Sequence record: NC_029091.1
DNA from: Escherichia phage APCEc01
DNA length: 64,000 bases
Reading direction: 5' to 3' (one strand)
Below are positions 38,467-52,625 of this stretch, piece after piece. Below the pieces are notes generated by a model. It searched no databases. It was not told where the DNA came from and worked only from the letters and a program-made list of their open reading frames with translations. The position numbers were made by a program, and so were the translations under genes. The number at the start of each line of letters is the position of its first letter. Position 1 is the stretch's first letter.

Positions 38467-38488
38467 GGGAGACTTCGGTCTCCCTTTT
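38467..38488 (+). terminator. rho-independent terminator after gene 32
   Basis: GGGAGACTTCGGTCTCCC plus TTTT. Confidence 0.75.
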
Positions 38489-38515
38489 GAGTATCTGTAA
38501 ATTGCCGAAAAAGTT

Positions 38516-38546
38516 GTTTACTTCTTCCCTGGATGTGTTAGTATAG
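38516..38546 (+). promoter_or_regulatory. T4-type early promoter
   Basis: GTTTAC ... TAGTAT/TATAGA followed by CCTATCAACAACATGAGGAAA. Confidence 0.55.
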
Positions 38547-38573
38547 ACCTATCAACAACATGAGGAAATCAAA

Positions 38574-38966
38574 ATGGAAATCGGAAAATCTTATATCATT
38601 AACCCTTTATTTAAAGATGACTTTGTTCAAGAAGCACCACACAATAATGCTAAGATGTTAAAATTGATTGAACTCCACGGGCCTAGTTTTGTTGTAAACG
38701 GAATGGAACCTGATTATGATAGCGATACGTCAAACGTAGTAAGTGTAACTATGGAAGATGGTACTGTATGTTCTGCCGGTGGTGAAATTGAAACTTATTT
38801 TGAGATTTATCCTGACGAGTTCAAATACTTTACTGAGGTAGATATAGTAAAGCCTCAACCTACTAACGAAGGTATAGCTTTAGGTGTAACAAAAATCCAT
38901 TGTATCGTAGATGAAACCAACGTCGACGAAATCATCGAACTTTTGCAAAAAACTTTTAAAAAGTAG
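38574..38966 (+). CDS. hypothetical protein (frd.3 position)
   Basis: 130 aa. Confidence 0.5.
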   Translation: MEIGKSYIINPLFKDDFVQEAPHNNAKMLKLIELHGPSFVVNGMEPDYDSDTSNVVSVTMEDGTVCSAGGEIETYFEIYPDEFKYFTEVDIVKPQPTNEGIALGVTKIHCIVDETNVDEIIELLQKTFKK

Positions 38967-39028
38967 TGTACAATCAGATAGGGTTATGTTATAGTAGCCC
39001 TATCAAATCAAAAGTGAAGGAGAATAAA

Positions 39029-39277
39029 ATGAGATTGCAACGTCAGAGCATCAAAGATTCTGAAGTTAGAGGTAAATGGTACTTCAACATCGTTGGTAAA
39101 GATGCTGAACTCCTTGAACAAGCTGAAGAAGCTTTACGCGAAATGGGTTGGAACGAAGAATGTGATGGATGTCCACTCTACGAAGATGGTGAAAGTGCAG
39201 GATTCTGGATTTGCCACTCTGATGTTGAAATGTTCAAAGCCGATTGGAAAGTTGTTAAGAAAAATCTGAGGAAATAA
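39029..39277 (+). CDS. hypothetical protein (frd.2 position)
   Basis: 82 aa from ATG 39029 with RBS GAAGGAG (track start 38966 is GTG inside the promoter). Confidence 0.5.
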   Translation: MRLQRQSIKDSEVRGKWYFNIVGKDAELLEQAEEALREMGWNEECDGCPLYEDGESAGFWICHSDVEMFKADWKVVKKNLRK

Positions 39278-39279
39278 TT

Positions 39280-40965
<1,686 letters not shown>

Positions 40966-40966
40966 A

Positions 40967-41221
40967 ATGATTTTACGTTTTATTAATTCATATGGCACCA
41001 CAATTTTTGAAATGAAAAATCCAAGTGAACTGGATATCCCTTCACCGAATAGTGAAATCACAGTTAAAGGTGAACGATTCATTTGTTATTCACATGAACG
41101 AATTTATGAATATCGTGAATTCTGTGGTGGATTCGGTATAGAAAAAGAACCGTTGGTTTATTTCAATATCACAGTCTTGACACCTAAAGAATACGAAGAA
41201 ATTATTGCTGAGGATAATTAA
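40967..41221 (+). CDS. hypothetical protein (nrdA.1 position)
   Basis: 84 aa. Confidence 0.45.
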   Translation: MILRFINSYGTTIFEMKNPSELDIPSPNSEITVKGERFICYSHERIYEYREFCGGFGIEKEPLVYFNITVLTPKEYEEIIAEDN

Positions 41222-41308
41222 CGCTTCAGTTTAAAAGTGTATAATAAATTAACGGGATAAATACTATCCCGTTTGGAGTAATGTCTATCAACCTATACTG
41301 AGGAATAT

Positions 41309-43564
41309 ATGCAAGTAACTAAGAGCAGTGGTGTATCCCAAAATTTTGATGCACAGAAAATTATTCAAGTCTTAACTTGGCAATGTGAAGGAACACAAAT
41401 TGACCCATATGAATTGTACGAAGAAATTAAGACCCATCTTGTCGACGGGATGAGCACCAAAGATATCCAGAAGATTTGTATTAAAGTTGCAGCTAACTCG
41501 ATTTCTGTCGAAGAACCTGATTATCAGTATGTCGCCGCCAAAGGGCTAATGTTTGCACTTCGTAAAGATGTATATGGGCAGTTTGAACCGCCTGCTTTTA
41601 TCGACCATATTTCTTACTGTGTTAATGAAGGCAAATATGACCCTGAGCTGTTGTCTCAATATTCAGCAGAAGAAATCATTTATCTCGATTCACAGATTAA
41701 ACATGAACGAGACTTTGACCTGACTTATGCTGGTGCTATGCAGCTTAAAGAAAAATATCTAGTTAAAGATAAAACAACTGGGAAGATTTATGAAACTCCA
41801 CAGTTTGCTATCATGGCTATTGGCATGGCCTTACACCAAGACGAAACTCATGACCGTTTGAAACATATTATTCGTTTTTATGATGCCGTTTCTACTCATC
41901 AAGTTTCATTGCCAACCCCAATTATGGCAGGTGCTCGTACTCCGACTCGCCAGTTCTCTAGTTGTGTAGTTATTGAAGCCGGTGATTCGTTAAAATCTAT
42001 TAACAAAACTTCAGCATCAATTATTGAATATATTTCTAAACGAGCTGGTATCGGTATCAACGTTGGTATGCTTCGTGCAGAAGGTTCTAAGATCGGTATG
42101 GGTGAAGTTCGACATACGGGTGTTATTCCATTCTGGAAACATTTCCAAACTGCAGTAAAATCTTGTTCTCAAGGTGGTATTCGTGGTGGTGCTGCTACAG
42201 CGTATTATCCGATGTGGCACTTAGAAGTAGAGAACCTATTAGTTCTGAAAAATAACAAAGGCGTGGATGAAAACCGTATTCGACATATGGACTACGGAAT
42301 TCAGATTAATGACCTTATGATGGAACGCCTTGGTAAAAATGATTATATTACTTTATTTAGCCCTCACGAAATGTCAGGCGAACTATACTACTCGTTCTTT
42401 GAAGATCAAGATAAATTCCGTGAGCTTTATGAGAAAGCTGAAAAAGACCCAACAATCAGAAAGAAAAGAATCAAAGCACTAGAACTCTTTGAATTGTTCA
42501 TGACTGAACGTTCTGGCACCGCTCGAATTTATCCGCAATTCGTTGATAACACGAACAACTACACTCCATTTATTCGTGAAAAAGCTCCAATTCGTCAGAG
42601 TAACTTATGTTGTGAAATCGCTATTCCAACTAATGATGTGAATGGTCCTGATGCTGAAATTGGTTTATGCACATTATCTGCTTTTGTATTAGATAAATTT
42701 GATTGGCAAGACCAAGATAAAATTAATGAACTTGCTGAAGTACAAGTACGTGCACTTGATAACCTGCTAGACTATCAAGATTATCCGGTTCCGGAAGCTT
42801 TAAAAGCTAAAAAGCGTCGAAACCTCGGTGTTGGTGTGACGAACTATGCAGCATGGTTAGCTTCTAACTTTGCTTCATATGAAGACGCTAACGATTTGAC
42901 TCATGAATTGTTTGAGAGATTGCAATATGGCCTTATCAAAGCATCAATCAAACTCGCCAAAGAAAAAGGATGTTGCGAGTATTATTCAGACACTAAATGG
43001 TCTAGAGGCGAATTACCTATCGACTGGTACAATAAAAAGATTGACCAAATCGCAGCCCCGAACTACGTCTGTGACTGGGAAGAACTTCGAGCTGAACTCA
43101 AAGAACATGGAATTCGTAACTCAACGTTGTCTGCACTCATGCCTTGTGAGTCAAGCAGTCAAGTATCAAACTCTACAAACGGGATTGAGCCACCACGTGG
43201 TCCAGTAAGTATTAAAGAATCTAAAGAAGGCAACTTCCGACAGGTTGTTCCTAATATCGAACATAACATGAGTCTTTACGACTATGCGTGGAAACTTGCT
43301 AAGAAAGGTAATAAACCTTATTTGACCCAAGTTGCTATCATGTTGAAATGGGTGTGCCAATCTGCTTCTGCTAATACTTACTATGACCCTGCAGTATTTG
43401 AGAAAGGTAAAGTGCCAATGTCAGTAATGCTTGACGATCTGCTTTACTTCTGGTACTTTGGCGGAAAAAACCTCTACTATCATAACACTCGTGATGGGTC
43501 TGGTACAGACGACTATGAATTAGAAACACCTAAAGCAGAAGATTGTTCTGCTTGTAAGCTTTAA
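41309..43564 (+). CDS. nrdA: aerobic ribonucleotide reductase large subunit
   Basis: 751 aa; class Ia RNR; matches T4 NrdA (754 aa). Confidence 0.9.
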   Translation: MQVTKSSGVSQNFDAQKIIQVLTWQCEGTQIDPYELYEEIKTHLVDGMSTKDIQKICIKVAANSISVEEPDYQYVAAKGLMFALRKDVYGQFEPPAFIDHISYCVNEGKYDPELLSQYSAEEIIYLDSQIKHERDFDLTYAGAMQLKEKYLVKDKTTGKIYETPQFAIMAIGMALHQDETHDRLKHIIRFYDAVSTHQVSLPTPIMAGARTPTRQFSSCVVIEAGDSLKSINKTSASIIEYISKRAGIGINVGMLRAEGSKIGMGEVRHTGVIPFWKHFQTAVKSCSQGGIRGGAATAYYPMWHLEVENLLVLKNNKGVDENRIRHMDYGIQINDLMMERLGKNDYITLFSPHEMSGELYYSFFEDQDKFRELYEKAEKDPTIRKKRIKALELFELFMTERSGTARIYPQFVDNTNNYTPFIREKAPIRQSNLCCEIAIPTNDVNGPDAEIGLCTLSAFVLDKFDWQDQDKINELAEVQVRALDNLLDYQDYPVPEALKAKKRRNLGVGVTNYAAWLASNFASYEDANDLTHELFERLQYGLIKASIKLAKEKGCCEYYSDTKWSRGELPIDWYNKKIDQIAAPNYVCDWEELRAELKEHGIRNSTLSALMPCESSSQVSNSTNGIEPPRGPVSIKESKEGNFRQVVPNIEHNMSLYDYAWKLAKKGNKPYLTQVAIMLKWVCQSASANTYYDPAVFEKGKVPMSVMLDDLLYFWYFGGKNLYYHNTRDGSGTDDYELETPKAEDCSACKL

Positions 43565-43618
43565 GACTTTTTATTATAATTTACTCATGGATGAGTTAAT
43601 AACTAAGTGAGAAATATA

Positions 43619-44797
43619 ATGAGTACAGTTTTTAACACACAACAAGTCGATGTTTTGAATGAACCGATGTTCTTTGGTTCTGGTCTTGGCCTCGCACGGT
43701 ATGATATTCAGCGTCATAAAGTTTTTGAAGAGCTTATCGAAAAGCAGCTCTCGTTCTTTTGGCGTCCCGAGGAAGTAAACTTGATGTTGGATTCGGCCCA
43801 GTTTAATAAGCTTCCACAGTTCCAACAGGACATCTTTACCAACAACCTTAAGTATCAATCATTATTAGATTCTATCCAAGGTAGAGCACCATCTGCGGTA
43901 CTTATGTCATTGCTTTCAGACCCTTCATTAGATACATGGGTTGCTACATGGACTTTCAGTGAAACTATTCACTCTCGTTCATATACTCATATTATGCGAA
44001 ATCTTTATACAGATCCATCGAAGGTGTTTGATGAGATTGTATTAGATGAAGCTATTATGAAGCGTGCCGAATCTATCGGACGATATTATGATGATGTTCT
44101 GGTTAAAGCTCGTTATTGGGAAAACGCTAAAGCTGATATCGAATACCAAAAAGAAATTAATGCAGACGAAGACGTTATTGAAGATGCTATTGAGCATGAG
44201 ACATATTGGAAGCGTGAGCTAATGAAATCTCTTTACCTCTGTTTGCATGTTATTAATGCCTTAGAAGCTATTCGTTTTTATGTATCTTTCGCATGCACCT
44301 TTAACTTCCACAAGAATATGGAAATCATGGAAGGTAATGCCAAGATTATGAAGTTCATTGCTCGTGATGAACAGCTCCACCTCAAGGGCACTCAATATAT
44401 TATTCGTGCTTTACAAGATGGCGAAGACGGTGATGAATGGGTCAAAATTGCTCAAGAGTGTGAACAAGAAGCAGTTGATATTTTCATGGAAGTTAACGCT
44501 CAAGAAAAAGAATGGGCTGAACACTTGTTTAAAGATGGTGCTCTTCCAGGTCTAAATGTTAAAATCCTAAGTGAATTTGTGGATTATCTTACCGTGTCTC
44601 GTATGCGTAGTTGTGGTCTGCCATGTCCTCTTAAAGACGTATCAACTCGTCATCCTATTCCATGGATTCGTGAGTATTTGAACTCTGATTTGGTTCAAGC
44701 AGCCCCACAAGAAGTTGAAATCAGTTCTTATCTTGTCGCACAAATTGATAATGATGTAGACCAAAATGTAATCAATTCATACAAAAAATATTTCTAA
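43619..44797 (+). CDS. nrdB: aerobic ribonucleotide reductase small subunit (intron-less)
   Basis: 392 aa from ATG 43619 (track start 43607 is GTG); continuous ORF. Confidence 0.9.
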   Translation: MSTVFNTQQVDVLNEPMFFGSGLGLARYDIQRHKVFEELIEKQLSFFWRPEEVNLMLDSAQFNKLPQFQQDIFTNNLKYQSLLDSIQGRAPSAVLMSLLSDPSLDTWVATWTFSETIHSRSYTHIMRNLYTDPSKVFDEIVLDEAIMKRAESIGRYYDDVLVKARYWENAKADIEYQKEINADEDVIEDAIEHETYWKRELMKSLYLCLHVINALEAIRFYVSFACTFNFHKNMEIMEGNAKIMKFIARDEQLHLKGTQYIIRALQDGEDGDEWVKIAQECEQEAVDIFMEVNAQEKEWAEHLFKDGALPGLNVKILSEFVDYLTVSRMRSCGLPCPLKDVSTRHPIPWIREYLNSDLVQAAPQEVEISSYLVAQIDNDVDQNVINSYKKYF

Positions 44798-44801
44798 GGA
44801 C

Positions 44802-44820
44802 GGGACTTCGGTCCCACTTT
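44802..44820 (+). terminator. hairpin after nrdB
   Basis: GGGACTTCGGTCCC followed by ACTTTATT. Confidence 0.5.
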
Positions 44821-44823
44821 ATT

Positions 44824-45234
44824 ATGAAAGATATCGCCGCCGAATATTCCTTTATTAAATATACAGAATTGGAGCTATTAGAAGATGCAACAATTAAAAC
44901 AGTTGATGTCCCTAATAAGAAAAATGTCATATATGCTATTGCTATAGATGACGAACTTGTGTATATTGGTAAAACCAAGAATTTAAAGAAACGCATTAAC
45001 TATTATCGAACAGCCATAAATCGAAAAGACCAGACTTCAGATTCAAGAAAATCACTTATGATTTTGGATGCCTTAATGCAAGGCAAAAAGGTTGAATTCT
45101 GGGCCCGCCAATGTTTTGACCTTTCAGTCACCAACGAACTTGGTTCAATGACCATCGCAACAATGGACCTTGAAGAACCGCTTTTTATCAAAAAGTTCAA
45201 CCCGCCTTGGAATATCCAACATAAGAAAAAGTAG
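44824..45234 (+). CDS. denA: endonuclease II (GIY-YIG family)
   Basis: 136 aa as T4 DenA; GIY-YIG-like VYIGKTKNLKKRINYY. Confidence 0.8.
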   Translation: MKDIAAEYSFIKYTELELLEDATIKTVDVPNKKNVIYAIAIDDELVYIGKTKNLKKRINYYRTAINRKDQTSDSRKSLMILDALMQGKKVEFWARQCFDLSVTNELGSMTIATMDLEEPLFIKKFNPPWNIQHKKK

Positions 45235-45281
45235 TTTACACACCACAAGGATTGTGGTACAATTTAAAAAAAACTAACTGA

Positions 45282-46415
<1,134 letters not shown>

Positions 46416-46476
46416 CGGTTTACAAACACCAAGGATGGTGATACTATGGGTTTATCAACAACACGAGGAGAAAATT

Positions 46477-46977
46477 ATGAATATGCAATTGATTACTAAC
46501 GATATGGTCGTAAACGCTTTTGGAGACACAACTGACGGAATCCGGGTCTTTAAGAAAGGACGTCCAGTTGGTTATCTTACTGACCTACGTGTTACACTGG
46601 CCAAAAATCTTAAAAAGAAAGTAAAACAAAAAGAGTATTCAACCCGATACGCTGAAGAGAAACGCGAAGCGATGCCGGAAGCAGTTAATGCCATGGTAGA
46701 ATTTCTTCAAAACAATTTGACTAAATATGATGCTAATGTGTTCATTAATATTAGTCAACCAAACGTACATATCGCAGGTATAAAATTCTACATTATTTGC
46801 GACCCTCTTACCGACAAATTCAACCGCCTCGGAATTTCAAGTCCATATCATACAGCAGAAGAGTTGTGTGTATTGTTTGAATCATACAAAATCCAGTGTG
46901 ATGGTTTGAAAACCGTTCTTATCAATGGATTATCCCGAGATGAAATCATTGAGATTATTAAAACATGCTTAAAGTAA
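46477..46977 (+). CDS. Alc-like protein (assigned by position and size)
   Basis: 166 aa from ATG 46477 with RBS GAGGAG; T4 Alc is 167 aa and lies between 63 and pseT.3. Confidence 0.4.
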   Translation: MNMQLITNDMVVNAFGDTTDGIRVFKKGRPVGYLTDLRVTLAKNLKKKVKQKEYSTRYAEEKREAMPEAVNAMVEFLQNNLTKYDANVFINISQPNVHIAGIKFYIICDPLTDKFNRLGISSPYHTAEELCVLFESYKIQCDGLKTVLINGLSRDEIIEIIKTCLK

Positions 46978-47321
46978 ATCCTATTTACGCTATAGTAGCA
47001 GCTTTTGCTCTAGTTTCTACGGTAACAATAGTTGTCTTAAACAACAAAGTTGATTCGTTGAATACTGAATTAGCTTCTGTCAAAGAGACTGCTAAAAACA
47101 ATGCTAAAGTATTAGACGACTTCAAGGTTCAATATCAGTCAATCGAAGAAATGACTTATAAGAACCGTGTTTTAGTTGACCAACTTAAGGCCGAAAATGA
47201 AAAGCTCCGTAAGGATTCGAAGAAGAAGAACGTGGTGGCAAGTAAGCCAGGATTGGTCGAAAAACAAATCAACAGGTCCTTCGATTCCTTTGCAGAAGAC
47301 CTCAGGAAGCTCTCAGAATGA
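46965..47321 (+). CDS. i-spanin (inner-membrane spanin, pseT.3-like)
   Basis: 118 aa; N-terminal TM IYAIVAAFALVSTVTIVVL then a charged coiled-coil region. Confidence 0.65.
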   Translation: MLKVNPIYAIVAAFALVSTVTIVVLNNKVDSLNTELASVKETAKNNAKVLDDFKVQYQSIEEMTYKNRVLVDQLKAENEKLRKDSKKKNVVASKPGLVEKQINRSFDSFAEDLRKLSE

Positions 47322-47608
47322 TTAAATTAACTGTGGCTGTATTATCTATTGGTCTCCTAGTTGGATGTACTCAGGATGTGCCAGTAAGCCCTAAAGAAAC
47401 TTTACATCCTTCATGGCCTACGCCTATTTCCGAATATAACCAGAAATGGCAAGTAAAGGTTATTGATGGTAATCCATGGGTTGGAATGCCGTTTGAAGAC
47501 TCTCAAGAATTTCGTATCTGGTTAAACGACGTAAAAAGATATATACATGACCAGAAGACTATGTTATGTTATTATCGTAGTGGTTTAAAAGAGGAAAAAT
47601 GCCAATGA
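47318..47608 (+). CDS. o-spanin lipoprotein (pseT.2-like)
   Basis: 96 aa; signal peptide with lipobox LLVGC; ATGA coupled to the i-spanin. Confidence 0.65.
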   Translation: MIKLTVAVLSIGLLVGCTQDVPVSPKETLHPSWPTPISEYNQKWQVKVIDGNPWVGMPFEDSQEFRIWLNDVKRYIHDQKTMLCYYRSGLKEEKCQ

Positions 47609-47823
47609 CTAAAGAACAGCATGAATACATTAAAGGGCTTATCTATGAATCTGAAATGGCGGCTATGATTTATGGACGCCAGATTCAACGATTAGAATCT
47701 TTGCCTCCGACTAATGACCGCTTGTTAGTTCAGTCTCGTGCTAATCTGAAAAATGAATATCAGAATAAGTGGGCAGTAGCGACTAAAGCTCTTCATGAGT
47801 ATATTGAATCTTTAGTAAAATAG
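47599..47823 (+). CDS. hypothetical protein
   Basis: 74 aa; RBS AGAGGAAA. Confidence 0.45.
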   Translation: MPMTKEQHEYIKGLIYESEMAAMIYGRQIQRLESLPPTNDRLLVQSRANLKNEYQNKWAVATKALHEYIESLVK

Positions 47824-47852
47824 TTTACAAACTCTCGGGAGCAGAGTATAAT
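47823..47852 (+). promoter_or_regulatory. T4-type early promoter with inverted repeat over the -10
   Basis: GTTTAC ... TATAAT; inverted repeat GGGAGCA / TGCTCC; close copy of the ndd promoter cassette. Confidence 0.6.
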
Positions 47853-47880
47853 GCTCCTATGGATAATTGAGGAAATCTAA

Positions 47881-48179
47881 ATGAAAACATTACTAGAGAA
47901 TTACATCAAACGGTCTGATGAGTATATTGATATCTGCCGTGGAATGACACTTGTAGATTATGACAAAGATGCAGCAAAGGCACTAGATGAAGCAGGTAAA
48001 GCTCTTCGTAAAGCTGCTAAAGAAAAAGGGTTGGATTTGCAACAACTCAAAAGTCATATGATTAAATTTATTTCTTCAAACGTTAGAAGTACGTCAATTA
48101 ATAAAAACGTTGCTGAAATTAATAAAGACCGGCGCGAACTCAACATTCGTATTCTTGAAGCTTTCTTAGGAATCAAATA

Positions 48180-48180
<1 letters not shown>
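47881..48180 (+). CDS. hypothetical protein
   Basis: 99 aa. Confidence 0.5.
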
Positions 48181-49266
<1,086 letters not shown>

Positions 49267-49267
<1 letters not shown>

Positions 49268-49458
49268 TGAAACGATTATATGAAGTGATTGAGGCCATCG
49301 AACATCATAAAGAATATTTGTTTGTAGCATGGCCTTTAGTAAATGGACAGTTCGGTATTGATGTGCTGGACTATGAGCATGAAGAACGTTTGGATGGCGG
49401 TATATTTGATAACGTCGACCAGGCAATTGAATGGTTAAATGAAAACTATGTACGATAA
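49267..49458 (+). CDS. hypothetical protein
   Basis: 63 aa. Confidence 0.45.
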
Positions 49459-49663
49459 ACATCATGAAATCGAAGATGAAGCATACAAAATGCTTCGTAA
49501 ACTAGTGGGACTTAATATGAGTCCTACATTAATCAACAAACTCGCAGGAATTCGTAATGATCTGAATACTCGTTACAAAGGCGAATATCATGTAGAGTTT
49601 GTTCCTGTAGGTGAACCGACCGAGCGATTTGTTGTTCGAGTTAAAGTAAATACTGTACACTGA
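49439..49663 (+). CDS. hypothetical protein
   Basis: 74 aa. Confidence 0.45.
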   Translation: MKTMYDKHHEIEDEAYKMLRKLVGLNMSPTLINKLAGIRNDLNTRYKGEYHVEFVPVGEPTERFVVRVKVNTVH

Positions 49664-49670
49664 GGTAATT

Positions 49671-49946
49671 ATGTTCCCAACTTATTCTGAAATTGTAAAG
49701 GTAGTCTTCAGTCAGATTATTGCTAATAATATGTTTGAAGTGCTTGATAATGCAGCCGAACTCAGAGTTCATGCTCAACTAACTCATGTACTCAATGCTT
49801 TGCTCCCAGACCAAGTAGATTCTATTGCTATTACTCTTCTCCCTGGGTCTGCACACGTCATAGTGGTATTTGATCTTGACGGCGATTTAGTTATCCAATG
49901 TGATATCAATTTCGGTACACAAAAAATTGAATGCAAAGCAATTTAA
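49671..49946 (+). CDS. hypothetical protein
   Basis: 91 aa. Confidence 0.45.
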   Translation: MFPTYSEIVKVVFSQIIANNMFEVLDNAAELRVHAQLTHVLNALLPDQVDSIAITLLPGSAHVIVVFDLDGDLVIQCDINFGTQKIECKAI

Positions 49947-50006
49947 TGGTTTACAACATGGTGGAGTTGTGATACTATAACTCTACCAACAAATGAGGAA
50001 ATAGAA

Positions 50007-50243
50007 ATGCTAAGTGAAAACCCAATTACAGTACACGAATTTCAGATTAAAGTAAAAGAATTTGCTCAAGCACTCATCAATAAAGTGTCTGAACGTTTCC
50101 AAGATGCAACATTACGAGTTATTCAAGAATCTCCACGTTCTTTTCTCATAATCGTTAATCCTAAAGATGGTGACCAAATTACTAATCTTAAATTAGGCAG
50201 TGATGGTCTTGTTGAAGCAACTCGAGTATATGGAACACTATAA
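50007..50243 (+). CDS. hypothetical protein
   Basis: 78 aa; own early promoter. Confidence 0.5.
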   Translation: MLSENPITVHEFQIKVKEFAQALINKVSERFQDATLRVIQESPRSFLIIVNPKDGDQITNLKLGSDGLVEATRVYGTL

Positions 50244-50363
50244 TGAGAGCTATCTCATTACTATCGAGAATGGTCATAAATCTGAGCACTACCAACTTAG
50301 CCTGTCTAATCCGGTTAAAGGTATTGTTGAATCAGAATCTGTTTATATCTCCTAAGGATTGTT

Positions 50364-51356
50364 ATGTTACCTGTCGTCGGAAAACTTATTTCTCCAAAAG
50401 AACTGGCTGAGATTATTCCTTTGTCGGAAGCTTACGCGTCACAAGTGGTTTCTCATCGCGAACAAGTTAATTCGATTATGAACGGTGAAGACCCACGCAA
50501 ACTTATTGTTGTAGGTCCTTGTTCAATTCATGACCCTATTGCTGCTGTTGAATACGGCAAACGTCTGGCTGAACTTCAAACTCGTCTTCCTAATGTTCTG
50601 TTAGTGATGCGCGTTTATTTTGAAAAGCCTCGAACTACCGTAGGTTGGAAAGGTCTTGTAAATGATCCATATCTTGACGGAAGTTTTGATATGAACCACG
50701 GTCTTATAGTTGCACGAACATTGTGTCGTAAACTTCTACGTATGGGACTTCCATTAGCAACTGAAGTATTAGACCCATTCACGATTAAGTATCTTTCTGG
50801 TATTTTCTCATGGGTTGCTATTGGCGCCCGTACGACTGAAAGTCAGACACATCGTGAAATTGCTTCAGGTCTACCGATGTGCGTAGGCTTCAAGAACGCA
50901 ACCAATGGTTCTATTAAAGTAGCTACAGACGCGATGTATAGTGCCGCCTGGCCTCATCGGTATATGGGTATGGACGTCGATGGTACTGTAGGCATTGTTG
51001 AAGCTGAAGGTAATCAGAATACGCATATCGTATTGCGTGGTGGGACCAACGGTCCGAACTATCATTCTTCTGATATTCAAGAAGCTTCTAACAAAGCAAG
51101 GGCAGTAGGTCTGAATCATTATGTAATGGTTGACTGTAGCCATGCAAACGCTGATGGGCATTATAGCAATCAAATTGGTATTGGTAAAAATTTAGCAGCT
51201 AATGATTTGGTCAAAGGAATTATGATAGAATCGTTCCTACATGAAGGAAATCAAAAAATTTCTGATAATATGTCCTATGGCGTTTCCGTTACCGATGCGT
51301 GCATCAGTTGGGAACAAACTAAAGAGCTGTTAACTTATATTAATAAGGTTCAATAA
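50364..51356 (+). CDS. 3-deoxy-D-arabino-heptulosonate-7-phosphate (DAHP) synthase, class I (AroG/AroF/AroH-like)
   Basis: 330 aa; GPCSIHD, YFEKPRTTVGWKGL, GARTTESQ.HRE.ASGL, CSHAN, HEGNQ and TDACI.WE align with E. coli AroG, including the metal-ligand Cys/His/Glu/Asp positions. Confidence 0.85.
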   Translation: MLPVVGKLISPKELAEIIPLSEAYASQVVSHREQVNSIMNGEDPRKLIVVGPCSIHDPIAAVEYGKRLAELQTRLPNVLLVMRVYFEKPRTTVGWKGLVNDPYLDGSFDMNHGLIVARTLCRKLLRMGLPLATEVLDPFTIKYLSGIFSWVAIGARTTESQTHREIASGLPMCVGFKNATNGSIKVATDAMYSAAWPHRYMGMDVDGTVGIVEAEGNQNTHIVLRGGTNGPNYHSSDIQEASNKARAVGLNHYVMVDCSHANADGHYSNQIGIGKNLAANDLVKGIMIESFLHEGNQKISDNMSYGVSVTDACISWEQTKELLTYINKVQ

Positions 51357-51937
51357 TGAAAGCTAGCACATACCTTCAGATTGCATATCTGATTTCTCAA
51401 GAATCAAAATGTTGTTCATGGAAAGTTGGCGCCGTCATTGAAAAAGATGGACGCATTATTTCTACAGGTTATAATGGCTCTCCTTCAGGTGGTACAAACT
51501 GTTGCGAACATGCATCCGAAAACGGTTGGTTGAAGAATAAACCAAGCCCGGTCATCGTTGCTGGTCATAAAGAAGGCACTACAGCATTTGGACGGGCAGA
51601 TAATTTTGTTTTGGCTAAAGAACATCGGGCCGCTCATAGTGCATGGTCTGCTAATAACGAAATCCATGCTGAATTGAATGCCATTTTGTTTGCTGCTCGC
51701 AAAGGTAATTCTATTGAAGGTGCTACGTTGTATACGACACTTTCTCCGTGTCCTGATTGCACTAAAGCTATTACACAGTCAGGTATTAAAAAGGTTGTAT
51801 ATGCAGAATTATATGACCGATCTCCTGAAAATTGGGCAGACATTCTTAAACAAGCTGGTATTGAAGTAATTCAGTACTCTCGTAATAATCTTCGTTCTCT
51901 GAATTGGGAACAAATTCGAAACTTTTGTGGTGAATAA
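51356..51937 (+). CDS. cd: dCMP deaminase
   Basis: 193 aa; zinc motifs HAELNAI and SPCPDC; near-colinear with T4 Cd. Confidence 0.95.
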   Translation: MKASTYLQIAYLISQESKCCSWKVGAVIEKDGRIISTGYNGSPSGGTNCCEHASENGWLKNKPSPVIVAGHKEGTTAFGRADNFVLAKEHRAAHSAWSANNEIHAELNAILFAARKGNSIEGATLYTTLSPCPDCTKAITQSGIKKVVYAELYDRSPENWADILKQAGIEVIQYSRNNLRSLNWEQIRNFCGE

Positions 51938-51938
51938 T

Positions 51939-52235
51939 ATGATTTTAACTGAACAAGAAACTATGGTTCTTCGTGAACGTATTAAAACTATTCTGTCTGT
52001 AGGCGTTCATTGTGTTGTATTTGAAAAGGCTAACGGTGATGTTCGTACGATGTTTGCCTCCCGCGATGAACTTGAAGTCAAATATGAAAATAACAATCCG
52101 GCAACAGAAGTTCGTTATGAACCTCGTGAATCAGTTCGAGCATTCGATACCAAGTTAGGTCAGTGGCGTTCTTTCCGCCTTGATAAAGTAATTTCGGTTG
52201 ATGGTACTCCGGTAGAACGTTTGCTTCTTATGTAA
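51939..52235 (+). CDS. hypothetical protein
   Basis: 98 aa from ATG 51939 (track start 51927 is GTG). Confidence 0.45.
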   Translation: MILTEQETMVLRERIKTILSVGVHCVVFEKANGDVRTMFASRDELEVKYENNNPATEVRYEPRESVRAFDTKLGQWRSFRLDKVISVDGTPVERLLLM

Positions 52236-52292
52236 TATGCTTTACGACTAGTATGATATTATTAATCTATCGTCAAACAACAAGGAAATAAG

Positions 52293-52625
52293 ATGTCTGA
52301 AGTACAACTCCCAATTCGTGCTGTTGGTGAATATGTCATTCTGGTTTCTGAACCCGCTCAAGCAGGTGATGAAGAAGTTACAGAATCAGGACTTGTGATT
52401 GGTAAACGTGTTCAAGGTGAAGTTCCTGAACTATGTGTAGTTCATTCTGTAGGTCCTGATGTTCCTGAAGGTTTTGTTGAAGTCGGTGATTTGACTCCAC
52501 TACCAGTTGGACAAATTCGAAATGTTCCACATCCATTTGTGGCTTTGGGACTTAAACAACCTAAAGAAATTAAACAGAAATTCGTAACATGCCACTATAA
52601 AGCTATTCCGTGTCTTTATAAGTGA
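52293..52625 (+). CDS. 31: gp31 co-chaperonin (GroES-like)
   Basis: 110 aa; nearly identical to T4 gp31 as recalled ([28 protein letters not shown]). Confidence 0.95.
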   Translation: MSEVQLPIRAVGEYVILVSEPAQAGDEEVTESGLVIGKRVQGEVPELCVVHSVGPDVPEGFVEVGDLTPLPVGQIRNVPHPFVALGLKQPKEIKQKFVTCHYKAIPCLYK

